This document shows, piece after piece, positions 52,459 to 61,767 of a stretch of 64,000 nucleotides of DNA (positions within the stretch are counted from its first letter, which is position 1; every line of letters begins with the position of its first letter). The notes under the pieces are model-generated. The model was given only the letters and a program-made list of their open reading frames with translations. It did no database searches and was not told where the DNA came from. Source of the stretch: Candidatus Peregrinibacteria bacterium (GTDB lineage Bacteria; Patescibacteriota; Gracilibacteria; Peribacterales; Peribacteraceae); NCBI GenBank assembly GCA_043814035.1, contig JBDRKJ010000012.1, positions 4,028 through 68,027 of the forward strand, written 5' to 3'. The position numbers and the translations under genes were made by a program.

Positions 52459-53220
52459 ATGTTCGACCTCACCGGAAAAGTCGCCCTCGTTACCGGCGCA
52501 CAGCGCGGGATGGGACGCGCCGATGCCCTTGCACTGGCAACGCAGGGCGCGACAGTGATCGTGACCGACATCGATCTTAAAACATGTGAATCTGTAGTGA
52601 AGGAAATCGAAAAAGCCGGCGGAAAGGCGGCGGCGTTCGCACTGAATGTGACAGAGAAGAAGCAGATTGATGCGGTGTTTGATGCCGTCATCAAACAATT
52701 CAAGAGAATCGACATCCTCGTGAACAATGCGGGCATCTTCCGCCCCAAGCCAGCTCTGGAGATGACCGAGGAAGAGTGGCAACAGACGATCGACGTGAAC
52801 CTGAAGGGATACTTTCTCTGCGCACAGCGCGCCGCAAAAGAGATGGCCAAACAGAAGTACGGCCGCATCATCAACATCGCCTCCATCGCCTGCGGGCAAG
52901 TGGGTGCGGGCTTCATAGGCGCCGCACACTATAGCGCTACAAAAGGGGGTGTGATCGGCATGACCGAGACCATGGCCCTCGAATGGGCAACGCTCGGCAT
53001 CACCGTCAACGCCATCGGTCCGGGAGCGATCGACACACCCATGGTCGCCATGATCAAGGACGACCCTGCCTCCATGAAAGCCATCACCGACCGCGTGCCG
53101 ATGAAGAGGATGGGAACACCCGAAGAGATCGCCGCAGCGGTAGTGTTCTTGGCCTCGGAAGAGGCAAGTTACGTGACTGGAGCTACGCTCTTTGTGGATG
53201 GCGGGTATCTTGCGGCCTGA
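52459..53220 (+). CDS. SDR-family oxidoreductase (FabG-like)
   Basis: VTGAQRGMGRA (TGxxxGxG), NNAG and YSATKGG (YxxxK). Confidence 0.9.
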   Translation: MFDLTGKVALVTGAQRGMGRADALALATQGATVIVTDIDLKTCESVVKEIEKAGGKAAAFALNVTEKKQIDAVFDAVIKQFKRIDILVNNAGIFRPKPALEMTEEEWQQTIDVNLKGYFLCAQRAAKEMAKQKYGRIINIASIACGQVGAGFIGAAHYSATKGGVIGMTETMALEWATLGITVNAIGPGAIDTPMVAMIKDDPASMKAITDRVPMKRMGTPEEIAAAVVFLASEEASYVTGATLFVDGGYLAA

Positions 53221-53286
53221 GGAGAACGACCCGTGCGGAATCTGCTTTGCCTTGCCAGACTTCAAACTTTCGCGAGAATAGAGCGC

Positions 53287-56004
53287 ATGAGCAGCACATC
53301 CGCGCAACCCCTCCACACGCCGGACCCCTTTGCAAAGAGTATATGGCACACCATGACGGTGGAAGAAACGGTGGATGCGCTGCACACGCCCGCGCAGAGC
53401 GGACTCAGTGAGGCAGAGGCAGAACGCAGGCTCAAAGAATACGGAGTCAATGAGCTCAAGAAAGTAGATGGAATTTCGCCGTGGAAGATTCTCTTCGAGC
53501 AAGTAAAGAACGTGCTCATCGTGATCCTGATCATTGCCATCGCCCTCTCGGCAGCACTGGGACATCAAATCGAAGCTATCACCATCGGTGTTATTGTCGT
53601 CTTCGCTGTGCTGCTCGGATTCGTTCAGGAATTTCGTGCGGAGCGTGCTATAGAAGCTCTGCGCAAGATGGCCGCGCCTCTCGCCACCGTGCTGCGAGGC
53701 GGCGAAGAGAAAGACATTCCCGCGCGCGAAATCGTGCCAGGTGACGTAATTTTTCTGGTAGCGGGCAATCGGGTACCCGCAGACGGACGCGTGATGAAAT
53801 CGATCAATCTGCACGCCGAAGAAGCACCTCTCACCGGTGAATCCATTCCCGTGGCGAAGGCGATCGAGCCCATGCTCAGCGAAAATCCACCCATCGGTGA
53901 CCGGCACAATATGCTCTTCGCCGGTACGGCCATTACTTACGGCCGCGGCACGATGGTGGTCACGGCTACCGGCATGCAGACCGAATTCGGCAAGATCGCT
54001 CAACTACTCCAAACAGTGAAAGAGAGCTCCACGCCGCTGCAGCGAAACTTGGACGTGGTAGGCAAGCGCCTCGCTCAGTGGGCCTCGGTCATCGTCGTTT
54101 TCATCGTCGGGGCCGGTATTGTGCGCGGCCAGCCGATTCTCGACATGGTGATCTTCGGTGTGGCGCTGGCTGTAGCCGTGGTGCCGGAAGCACTGCCCGC
54201 CGTCGTGACGATCTCGCTGGCCATCGGCGTGCAGCGCATGGTCAAGCGCAACGCACTCATCCGCCACCTGCCAGCCGTCGAGACATTGGGGAGCACGTCT
54301 GTGATCTGCTCCGACAAAACCGGCACGCTCACTCGAGACGAGATGACCGTGCGCCGCATCTGGATGTGGGATGAAACGTACGACGTCACCGGGAGCGGCT
54401 ATGAACCCAAAGGGGAATTCCAAAAGGACAAACAGCGCATCGATCCGCCTGAGGCACTCCGCGACATGCTGCGTGCCGCCGTGCTCGCTTCGGATACGCG
54501 GCTCGTGCGCGGAGAGGGAGGCACGTGGGGTATCAAAGGCGATCCCACCGAGGGATCACTCGTCGTGGTCGCGACCAAAGCCGGCGTGCACAAAGATCAG
54601 GAGGATGAACTCGCTCCCCGCAAAGCCGAGATTCCCTTCACATCGGAATCCAAACGGATGGTGACTCTACTTGAGACACCACAAGGTCTCACTGCACACG
54701 CAAAAGGTGCTCCCGAAGTGATTGTGGAATCGTGCGGATTCATCCGCATGCCCGAAGGAATAATCCCCTTCACTCCTGATGTGAAAGACAGAGTTCTTAC
54801 GGCTGCCCGTTCGATGGCCAATGATGCACTGCGTCTGCTGGCAATCGCCACCAAAGAAACCGACGACATTACCGACACAGGAGAGGGCATGATCTTTCTT
54901 GGGCTCATCGGCATGATTGATCCTCCGCGCGAAGAGGCGCAAGCAGCTGTGCATCGCTGCGAGGAGGCCGGCATTCGTGTGATAATGATCACAGGTGATC
55001 ACCCCATCACCGCACAAGCCGTAGCAAAGGAGCTCGGACTTCTGCACAACAACCGCGTGGTCACGGGCCAAGGTCTCGACGCCATGAACGATGTGGAACT
55101 GGAATCCAGCATCGGGAGTATCGACGTCTTCGCCCGCGTTTCACCGGCCCACAAGTTGCGAGTCGTCACCGCTCTGCAGAAGCAGGGCCGTATCGTGGCC
55201 ATGACGGGTGACGGTGTAAATGACGCACCAGCGCTCAAGAAAGCGGATGTGGGTGTGGCCATGGGTATCTCGGGCACCGACGTGAGCCGCGAGGCCGCAG
55301 ACATGACCCTCACAGATGATAACTTCGCCTCGATCGTGGCAGCGGTAGAGGAGGGGCGTGCCATCTTCGGCAACATCAAGAAGTATCTCATGTACCTGCT
55401 CTCTTCGAACATCGGGGAGCTCTTGCTCATGGTTGGCGCGACCCTGCTCGGTATACCCTTGCCCTTGAGCGCCGTGCAGATTCTGTACGTGAACCTGGCA
55501 ACCGACGGCCTGCCCGCACTCGCACTGGCAGTGGATCCTGCAGAGCGCGACCTCATGCGTCGCCCGCCGCGCGACTCCAAGGGCAGGATTTTCAGTCGCT
55601 CCGTAGTGTTTCTCATGCTGCTCGGAGGATTCTGGTCCGCCTGCGCTAACCTCGGCCTCTTCGTGTGGGCCTCCGCGTCGGGCCGACCGCTTGCAGAGGC
55701 AATGACCATGACATTCCTCTCGCTCGTGCTCATTCAGTTTTTCAAAGCGTACAACTTCCGCTCTGATCACGACTCCGTGCTGCGTGGGCTCTTCAGTAAT
55801 CGTTGGCTTAATATTTCCATCTTCTGGGAAATCCTGCTGCTCATCGCCATTGTGTACTGGCCCGTACTACAACATCCCTTCGGCACGTTCGCCGTCACAG
55901 GGCGCGACTGGATGATTATCCTGCTCCTTGCGGCGACGGTGATTCCCGTGCTCGAAACCGGTAAGTGGATGATTCGACGTGGTATGTTCGGCCTGCACCT
56001 CTGA
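53287..56004 (+). CDS. cation-transporting P-type ATPase (type IIA/IIB, Ca2+-ATPase-like)
   Basis: TGES, ICSDKTGTLT, MITGDH, VAMTGDGVNDAPALKKADVGVAMG, and 10 TM segments. I chose the ATG at 53287. Confidence 0.93.
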   Translation: MSSTSAQPLHTPDPFAKSIWHTMTVEETVDALHTPAQSGLSEAEAERRLKEYGVNELKKVDGISPWKILFEQVKNVLIVILIIAIALSAALGHQIEAITIGVIVVFAVLLGFVQEFRAERAIEALRKMAAPLATVLRGGEEKDIPAREIVPGDVIFLVAGNRVPADGRVMKSINLHAEEAPLTGESIPVAKAIEPMLSENPPIGDRHNMLFAGTAITYGRGTMVVTATGMQTEFGKIAQLLQTVKESSTPLQRNLDVVGKRLAQWASVIVVFIVGAGIVRGQPILDMVIFGVALAVAVVPEALPAVVTISLAIGVQRMVKRNALIRHLPAVETLGSTSVICSDKTGTLTRDEMTVRRIWMWDETYDVTGSGYEPKGEFQKDKQRIDPPEALRDMLRAAVLASDTRLVRGEGGTWGIKGDPTEGSLVVVATKAGVHKDQEDELAPRKAEIPFTSESKRMVTLLETPQGLTAHAKGAPEVIVESCGFIRMPEGIIPFTPDVKDRVLTAARSMANDALRLLAIATKETDDITDTGEGMIFLGLIGMIDPPREEAQAAVHRCEEAGIRVIMITGDHPITAQAVAKELGLLHNNRVVTGQGLDAMNDVELESSIGSIDVFARVSPAHKLRVVTALQKQGRIVAMTGDGVNDAPALKKADVGVAMGISGTDVSREAADMTLTDDNFASIVAAVEEGRAIFGNIKKYLMYLLSSNIGELLLMVGATLLGIPLPLSAVQILYVNLATDGLPALALAVDPAERDLMRRPPRDSKGRIFSRSVVFLMLLGGFWSACANLGLFVWASASGRPLAEAMTMTFLSLVLIQFFKAYNFRSDHDSVLRGLFSNRWLNISIFWEILLLIAIVYWPVLQHPFGTFAVTGRDWMIILLLAATVIPVLETGKWMIRRGMFGLHL

Positions 56005-56138
56005 AGTCACGCTACAGCAAGAGCTGAAAGCCATTGCAATAAAATATGCGCGGCGAAGCGGTGGGTGGCTCCGCCGGGCCCCACCGCTGGCCGAAGGTCC
56101 CCGGAGGGAAGCGACACCGCTTAAGGGAAAAGAGAGCT

Positions 56139-56172
56139 CATGAGAGAAAAACCGTATGGTTTGTCTTTCATG
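56139..56172. repeat. X-family hairpin element (compact copy)
   Basis: catgagagaaaaacc-gtat-ggtttgtctttcatg, preceded by cttaagggaaaagagagc as in the 18856 copy. It lies between the convergent ATPase and rlmH genes. Confidence 0.8.
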
Positions 56173-56178
56173 AATCAA

Positions 56179-56646
56179 TCACGCGTGGTGGTATCCGCTC
56201 CCTCTCTGAATCTCGCTTGCGCGGTAGAGCTGCTCGAGAACAAGGATGCGCACGAACTCATGTGCCAGCGTGAGCCGTGACAGGGACACAAGGCAATCAC
56301 TGCGATCCCGCACCACATTAGAAACGCCGTATGCTCCTCCAATGATGAGCGTGAGAGGGGTTCCCAGATCCCGTAGCTTGCCGAGCTCCTGCGCAAGCTC
56401 GCCACTGGTCCACTCCTCGCCGCGCTCGTCGAGCAACCAGACAATGCCTTCCCGACGGCTCAGGATTTTTAGCACTGCATCAGACTCCTCTCTCACCTGC
56501 CCCTCCGAATCCTTTCGCTTGCTTGCGGCAAGTTCCAAAAGTTCAAACGAGGCGCCACGCGAGAGACGGTCACGGTACGTCGCAATTCCTTCCCGCACCC
56601 AGGGCGTCTTGAGTGAGCCGACGCAGAGCAGGGTGATCTTCTGCAT
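56179..56646 (-). CDS. rlmH: 23S rRNA (pseudouridine1915-N3)-methyltransferase
   Basis: MQKITLLCVGSLK......GI..Y..RL, with a SPOUT C-terminus (LIIGGAYG....V......S.S..T..H...R..L.EQ.YRA). Confidence 0.9.
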   Translation of the reverse strand: MQKITLLCVGSLKTPWVREGIATYRDRLSRGASFELLELAASKRKDSEGQVREESDAVLKILSRREGIVWLLDERGEEWTSGELAQELGKLRDLGTPLTLIIGGAYGVSNVVRDRSDCLVSLSRLTLAHEFVRILVLEQLYRASEIQRGSGYHHA

Positions 56647-56676
56647 GCCACTAAGGTACACGAAAATCCGCAGGCA

Positions 56677-58206
56677 CTATTTGCGCTGCAGCAAGCTCAC
56701 CGCCTCGATGTGCGCCGTGTGCGGAAAGAGGTCTACTGGCTGTACTGTGCGCAGTTCGTAACCTGCCTTGAGGAACTCGCCTAAGTCACGCGCAAATGTC
56801 GCCATGTTGCATGAGACGTACACGATCTTGTCGGGCTTGTGGGCGATCACCGCCTCGCGCGCATCGGGGTGCAGCCCTGCCCGTGGCGGATCCACAACAA
56901 TGACATTGAATTTGTACTTGGACCCGGGCTTAAGCTGCTCGTTGAGCACCTGTTCGGTGCGCCCACGGTAGAAGCTGATGTTGCCAATGCGATTCTTGCC
57001 GGCACTCTTGAGTGCATCTTCGATGGCCGAGGGATGACTCTCGATCCCCACAACCTTCTCACAGAATCGCGAGAGGTACTGGCCGATCGTGCCCATGCCA
57101 CAGTACGCATCCAGCACCGTATCGCGAGGACTCAAGTCTGCCGCCGCTGCCACAGCCTGATAGAGCTTTTCAGCGCCGAGCGTGTTGGTCTGGAAGAAAG
57201 AGAAGGGTGAAATCTCGAACGAGAGGTCGAAAAGTCTCTCGGTAATGGTGGGCTTACCCGTGAGACAGTGAATCTTGGGATTTTCGGGTTTGTCGTTAAG
57301 ACCCAGATGCTCGACGACGAGCAGAGAGGCTAAGCCCGAACGCCCGCCGAACCGCATGAAGTGCTGAAACAACGGCTCGAGCTCTTTCTTACGTGCATTC
57401 ACGAGGAAGGCAATCATCTGTTCGCCAGTGTTGATGCCACGCCGCAGTAGCAGAATGCGCAACATGCCGCGGTGTGTTTTGGGATTGTAGACCGGGAGTT
57501 TTGTCTCGCGCATGAACCGCTGCACATCGGTGAGTAGAGTCGGTAGTTGCTCGTCGTACAGGTGGCACTCCGAAACCGGCAGAATCGTGGACCATTGACC
57601 CGGCAGATGAAACCCGACGGAAGGATTTTCGTCGATGAACTGGCGCCGGCCGTTCTTTTCCTCACTGTGCATGGATTCGAAACCGAACGACATCTCCAAC
57701 TTGTTGCGGTAGTGAAAGACCTGCGGACTCGGAATAATCTTGAGCACGCGGCCACCGAGTGATGCACGTACAGAAGCATCTGCAGGCGTGAGATGTGAGA
57801 GTGTCTCGCGTACAATATCCTCTTTGTACTGAATCTGCTTTATGTACGAAAGCTGCTGCCACACGCACCCACCACAACTGTGACAATGCTGACACTTGGG
57901 CATCACTTCATCCTTGGAGCGCTTGAGTACTTTCTCGATTTTGGCCTCAGCGTAGCTGTCACGATTTTTTGTAATCACGATTTCTACCTTCTGCCCGGGT
58001 AGCGCGCCCGTCACGAATACAGGAATCTTGTCGACATGGGCGAGCCCTGCGCCGCCGTGCGTGAGCTTTTCGATGCTCACCGTATGTCGCTGGCCGGGCT
58101 TCAGTGAAGCCGTTTTGGGAGCGGATCCTGAAGGAACGGAGCCCTCCTGAAGCCCTTCTTGCCCGGGTGTTTGCCCAAGATCTTCTTGTGCGGACATTGT
58201 TGACAT
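56677..58206 (-). CDS. rlmD: 23S rRNA (uracil-C5)-methyltransferase RlmD/RumA family
   Basis: TRAM domain, Fe-S Cys cluster (CQHCHSCGGC), SAM motif (VLDAYCGMGTIG) and catalytic YVSCN. I chose the ATG at 58206. Confidence 0.88.
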   Translation of the reverse strand: MSTMSAQEDLGQTPGQEGLQEGSVPSGSAPKTASLKPGQRHTVSIEKLTHGGAGLAHVDKIPVFVTGALPGQKVEIVITKNRDSYAEAKIEKVLKRSKDEVMPKCQHCHSCGGCVWQQLSYIKQIQYKEDIVRETLSHLTPADASVRASLGGRVLKIIPSPQVFHYRNKLEMSFGFESMHSEEKNGRRQFIDENPSVGFHLPGQWSTILPVSECHLYDEQLPTLLTDVQRFMRETKLPVYNPKTHRGMLRILLLRRGINTGEQMIAFLVNARKKELEPLFQHFMRFGGRSGLASLLVVEHLGLNDKPENPKIHCLTGKPTITERLFDLSFEISPFSFFQTNTLGAEKLYQAVAAAADLSPRDTVLDAYCGMGTIGQYLSRFCEKVVGIESHPSAIEDALKSAGKNRIGNISFYRGRTEQVLNEQLKPGSKYKFNVIVVDPPRAGLHPDAREAVIAHKPDKIVYVSCNMATFARDLGEFLKAGYELRTVQPVDLFPHTAHIEAVSLLQRK

Positions 58207-58251
58207 TACTCCAAAATAGTAGTATAAATAACACCTTTTTACTGCTCTCAC

Positions 58252-59178
58252 GTGCGAGGAAAAACCTTTCTCATTATCGGCATCGCTCTCACGCTTAGCA
58301 ACGCGTCCGGACCAACCGGAACCATTGCAAGTATAGCACAAGAGCCCTTTGCCGCAAGGCCAGAGGCCGTTGTGCAAGCATTGCCGACCGTCTCACTGCT
58401 CCCCCTCCCTGAAGAATCGCACGAGGCGCGTCCCGGTTCACGCATCCTCTCAAAGCAACGCACATGGGAACCCGTGCCCATCATCGTGCAGAAGGCACCC
58501 GCAGCCCCGAAGGTATTGCAGCACACGTTCCTCTCCGTAGTGGATCAGCCGGATATTCAGGAACGACATAAGATCATCGCCGATGAAGTATTGCGTCTGC
58601 TCCCAACAAGTTGCACGAATCAGCTCAAGAATTTCTACGTTCGCTACGACAAGCCGGAACGCCGAGGGCTGGCCGGTAAGAGCACCATCATTCTTGATGG
58701 CACCCTGCCCGACAAGGAGTTTCGCGCCGTACTCATTCATGAAGCTTTAGGGCACGTGTTTGACTTAGGATGCCTCGTTGGTTCGCCGCTTGCGGGGGAC
58801 AGCATCTTCAAAGACGGAAACGAGCCGATCTTCCGCGACGACCCTAGTCTCTCGTTCTATCGTATCTCGTGGTTCGACAGTACGCATCAGCGAAGCGAGA
58901 CGCGACCGGAAGATTTCGTGAGTGGCTACTCCACATCGGATCCCTTCGAGGATCTAGCCGAGAGTGCCATCTACTACCTCTTGCAGAACGAGGCATTCAC
59001 CCAGCGCGCCCTGACAAACTCCGTTCTCGCCTCGAAGTTGAAATGGCTACAGGCATTCCTACCGGTGAATCCGGCCATTGTTGCGACACCCGGTGAAGGA
59101 TGGGATGGCTCAGTCCCCTGGGATGTCACCAAACTGGCCTACACGTGGAAAAACCCCGCGATTGTCGCGCGACAGTAA
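58252..59178 (+). CDS. secreted hypothetical protein with HExxH motif (putative metallopeptidase-like)
   Basis: N-terminal signal/anchor (FLIIGIALTLSNA) and VLIHEALGHVFD. No further family recognised. Confidence 0.55.
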   Translation: MRGKTFLIIGIALTLSNASGPTGTIASIAQEPFAARPEAVVQALPTVSLLPLPEESHEARPGSRILSKQRTWEPVPIIVQKAPAAPKVLQHTFLSVVDQPDIQERHKIIADEVLRLLPTSCTNQLKNFYVRYDKPERRGLAGKSTIILDGTLPDKEFRAVLIHEALGHVFDLGCLVGSPLAGDSIFKDGNEPIFRDDPSLSFYRISWFDSTHQRSETRPEDFVSGYSTSDPFEDLAESAIYYLLQNEAFTQRALTNSVLASKLKWLQAFLPVNPAIVATPGEGWDGSVPWDVTKLAYTWKNPAIVARQ

Positions 59179-59213
59179 GCTACCGGCGATACGCTATTCG
59201 CGATAAGCTACGC

Positions 59214-60044
59214 ATGATTCTCTTTTGTATGTCTCGCTCACGCCTCCTTCTTCTACTCTGGCTCCTCTCAGACCTCCTTCTGTTCGTCGGTCTCTATGTC
59301 TTAGCGTACTTCATGCGCGTGGGATGGATTCTCTCGACGAACTTTCCGTTCCTCCCCTTTCTCACCACCACCTTACTGGTGGCACCAGTCTGGCTACTCG
59401 TGCTGGGTACCACACGGACATTCGCCCTCACAAGGAATCAGAGGACACTACGCAATGCCGCGTACATCGCATACGCCGCTCTTGTGGGAGTGTCGCTGTT
59501 CACGCTCGCATTCTACTTCCGCTACAAGACATCATTCCAAGGCGTGAGCAGACTGCTACTGCTCGAAACCTTCTTTCTCACAGCGGGCGGCATCTGGGCA
59601 TGGCACCTCGTCTTCGATGTATTCAGGAGGATCGCACTGAGAATGTCGCCACCCAGTTTTCCCACACTCATTGTGGGGCTCACACGCGAATCGAAGGCCC
59701 TCATCACAGAGCTAAACCGACACCGCAATCCACTCGTGCCAGTGGCCATCTTAGATGGGCAGGGAGCAAAGGAAACAGATGTCGACGGTGTTCCGGTGCT
59801 CGGCAAACTCGATCGGCTCGAAGAGACGTTGCAACAGAAGAAGGTCACGCACCTTATTCAATGCAGCAACCTCGAGCAGAGCTTGAATCTCTTAAGCGCT
59901 TGCCGGCAGAAAGGCATGACCTACATCCTGCTCCCCTCCGTGCTGGGCATCGTGGAACGCGATGAGCACGTAGAATCTCTCGAGGGCCTGCCAGTCACCG
60001 TCGTGCGGCCTTCACATACAGCCTGGCACTCCTTCTTTCTCTAG
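59214..60044 (+). CDS. N-terminal module of a polyprenyl glycosylphosphotransferase (TM bundle plus CoA-binding-like domain), lacking the catalytic sugar-transferase domain
   Basis: Four N-terminal TM helices followed by TLIVGLTRESKALITEL....PVAILDG......VDGVPVLGKLDRLEETLQQKKVTHLI, as in WbaP/WcaJ-type enzymes. The ORF stops before the region where the Bac_transf domain would begin. Confidence 0.5.
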   Translation: MILFCMSRSRLLLLLWLLSDLLLFVGLYVLAYFMRVGWILSTNFPFLPFLTTTLLVAPVWLLVLGTTRTFALTRNQRTLRNAAYIAYAALVGVSLFTLAFYFRYKTSFQGVSRLLLLETFFLTAGGIWAWHLVFDVFRRIALRMSPPSFPTLIVGLTRESKALITELNRHRNPLVPVAILDGQGAKETDVDGVPVLGKLDRLEETLQQKKVTHLIQCSNLEQSLNLLSACRQKGMTYILLPSVLGIVERDEHVESLEGLPVTVVRPSHTAWHSFFL

Positions 60045-60047
60045 ATC

Positions 60048-61004
60048 ATGCGCGCATTCCTCCTCGCCGGCGGATTTGCTACGCGGCTCTGGCCGCTAAC
60101 TGAAAAACGTGCCAAGCCGCTGCTGCCTCTTGCAGGTAAACCGCTCATCGATCACCTGCTCGAGCAACTGCCTGCCGATCTGCCCGTGACCGTGAGCATC
60201 AATGCTGCATTTCAAGAGAGTTTCGATCACTGGAAGGTGCAGAGTAAGCACATAAACACAGAGATTCTCGTGGAACAGGCACGTAAAGATACCGAGAAAC
60301 TGGGGGCACTGGGAGCTGTCGCCCAGTGGATCGCTCGCCAGCACATTACCGATGATGTACTCCTGCTCACAGGCGACAACTACTGTGGCTTCTCGATTGC
60401 ACATTTCTTAGAACAGTACACCTCCGGCACCCCGCTAGTGGCAGCCTACGACATCGGTGATCCGGCACGCGCACAAGGATTCGGAACCATCGTGCCAGAT
60501 GTAAATGGAACGCACGTCGCCGCATTCGAAGAGAAACCTCCGCATCCTTCAAGCTCGCTCGTGAGCACGGGAGTGTCGATCCTGCCTGCCGCACATCTAC
60601 CCGTCGTGATGGAGTACGCACAGAAGAAACCCGACAACGTGGGAGGGATCTTCGAGGAATTTCTGCACCGCGGTATTCCTGTAGAATTTCGCGCCTTCAC
60701 GGAACCATGGTTCGATATCGGTTCGTTTGAAGCGTACCTTGAGGCGACACGCGTGCTCGTGGGCGACCGCGTGCTACTGGGCCACGGCGCTGCGTGCGAA
60801 AAAACCACGTCAGAGGGACCTGTTGTTCTGGGTAATCACTCCATGGTGCGCAATGCGACACTGCGCAACGTAATCATGTTCGAGCACTGTACTGTCGAAG
60901 ACTGTGTGCTCACCGATTGCATCCTCGATGACCACTGTACGCTCAAGGGCATCGATCTCTCGAAACAGATGTTGCGCGAAGGCACGATTCTCGAAAGAAA
61001 ATAA
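60048..61004 (+). CDS. sugar-phosphate nucleotidyltransferase with C-terminal left-handed beta-helix
   Basis: MRAFLLAGGFATRLWPLTEKRAKPLLPLAGKPLIDH is the NTP-transferase signature. Hexapeptide-like repeats lie at the C-terminus. Confidence 0.85.
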   Translation: MRAFLLAGGFATRLWPLTEKRAKPLLPLAGKPLIDHLLEQLPADLPVTVSINAAFQESFDHWKVQSKHINTEILVEQARKDTEKLGALGAVAQWIARQHITDDVLLLTGDNYCGFSIAHFLEQYTSGTPLVAAYDIGDPARAQGFGTIVPDVNGTHVAAFEEKPPHPSSSLVSTGVSILPAAHLPVVMEYAQKKPDNVGGIFEEFLHRGIPVEFRAFTEPWFDIGSFEAYLEATRVLVGDRVLLGHGAACEKTTSEGPVVLGNHSMVRNATLRNVIMFEHCTVEDCVLTDCILDDHCTLKGIDLSKQMLREGTILERK

Positions 61005-61054
61005 CACCAGACGTGTTTGCGGCAGGGAGTCCGCTTCCCTACACTCTCTCTGCT

Positions 61055-61738
61055 ATGAAGCGCCTCTTTCCGCTTGTACTGCTCACACTCATCCTCACTG
61101 GATGCAGCTCTCCGTACGCTTGGATCAGTCAATCCAATAATTCCGTTAATCTTGTGCTCACTTTTGATATAGATGATCCCGTACATCGGACCATTCTGCT
61201 CGAAGAGGCCAAGAAAGTGATCGGCCGACGTCTGAGCCGTTTTGAGGATGCGACCCCGTCAGAGATGATGGTGAACAACCAGGAAGACGGTTCGCTACTG
61301 CTCTCATTCGATGTGGAGAATGACGAAGCGCGCACAATTCTCGTCGACGAGCTGCTCATGCCCTACTCACTGAAGTTGATGACCGTGAGCACAGGAACCG
61401 GTGATCTGTTTGTTGAGGATGTCGGTTGGTTCAACAACACAGCGATCACGCAGAAACAGATTGTATGGACAGAAGGCGACTCAGATCAGGATGGCAAAGG
61501 TGTCGTGCGACTCGTCTTCTCCGAAGAGGGCCACGCAATGCTCGGTGAGGTCTTTCGCCAGCATCAAGACGGAAACCTAGGCCTCTTCGTGCGAGACAGA
61601 CTCATGGCCACTATGCCGATTGATACACAGGAACCGAAGGCAGAGATTATCATTGCCGGTATTCCGGTGCCGGATATGGCTGGTATCTTCGCAGATGATG
61701 TGAATGTAGGAACGCACGTTACCTTCTCTCTCCCTTAA
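61055..61738 (+). CDS. lipoprotein resembling the SecD periplasmic P1 domain
   Basis: Lipobox [30 protein letters not shown]...LLLSFDV and [18 protein letters not shown]....[20 protein letters not shown] parallel SecD P1 motifs (RID..GV.EP.I, IA.VLD..V.SAP.I...I.GG.A.I.G). Confidence 0.55.
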   Translation: MKRLFPLVLLTLILTGCSSPYAWISQSNNSVNLVLTFDIDDPVHRTILLEEAKKVIGRRLSRFEDATPSEMMVNNQEDGSLLLSFDVENDEARTILVDELLMPYSLKLMTVSTGTGDLFVEDVGWFNNTAITQKQIVWTEGDSDQDGKGVVRLVFSEEGHAMLGEVFRQHQDGNLGLFVRDRLMATMPIDTQEPKAEIIIAGIPVPDMAGIFADDVNVGTHVTFSLP

Positions 61739-61767
61739 GCCCTAATCCTCATCCTCACCCTATAACC

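Noticed and set aside
52315-54003. 562-aa minus-strand ORF, one of the longest in the track
   Set aside because: It lies entirely antisense to two strongly supported plus-strand genes: the SDR with TGxxxGxG/YxxxK motifs, and the P-type ATPase. Its translation is His/Arg/Gly/Cys-rich with no motif. This is the typical shadow ORF of GC-rich coding DNA.
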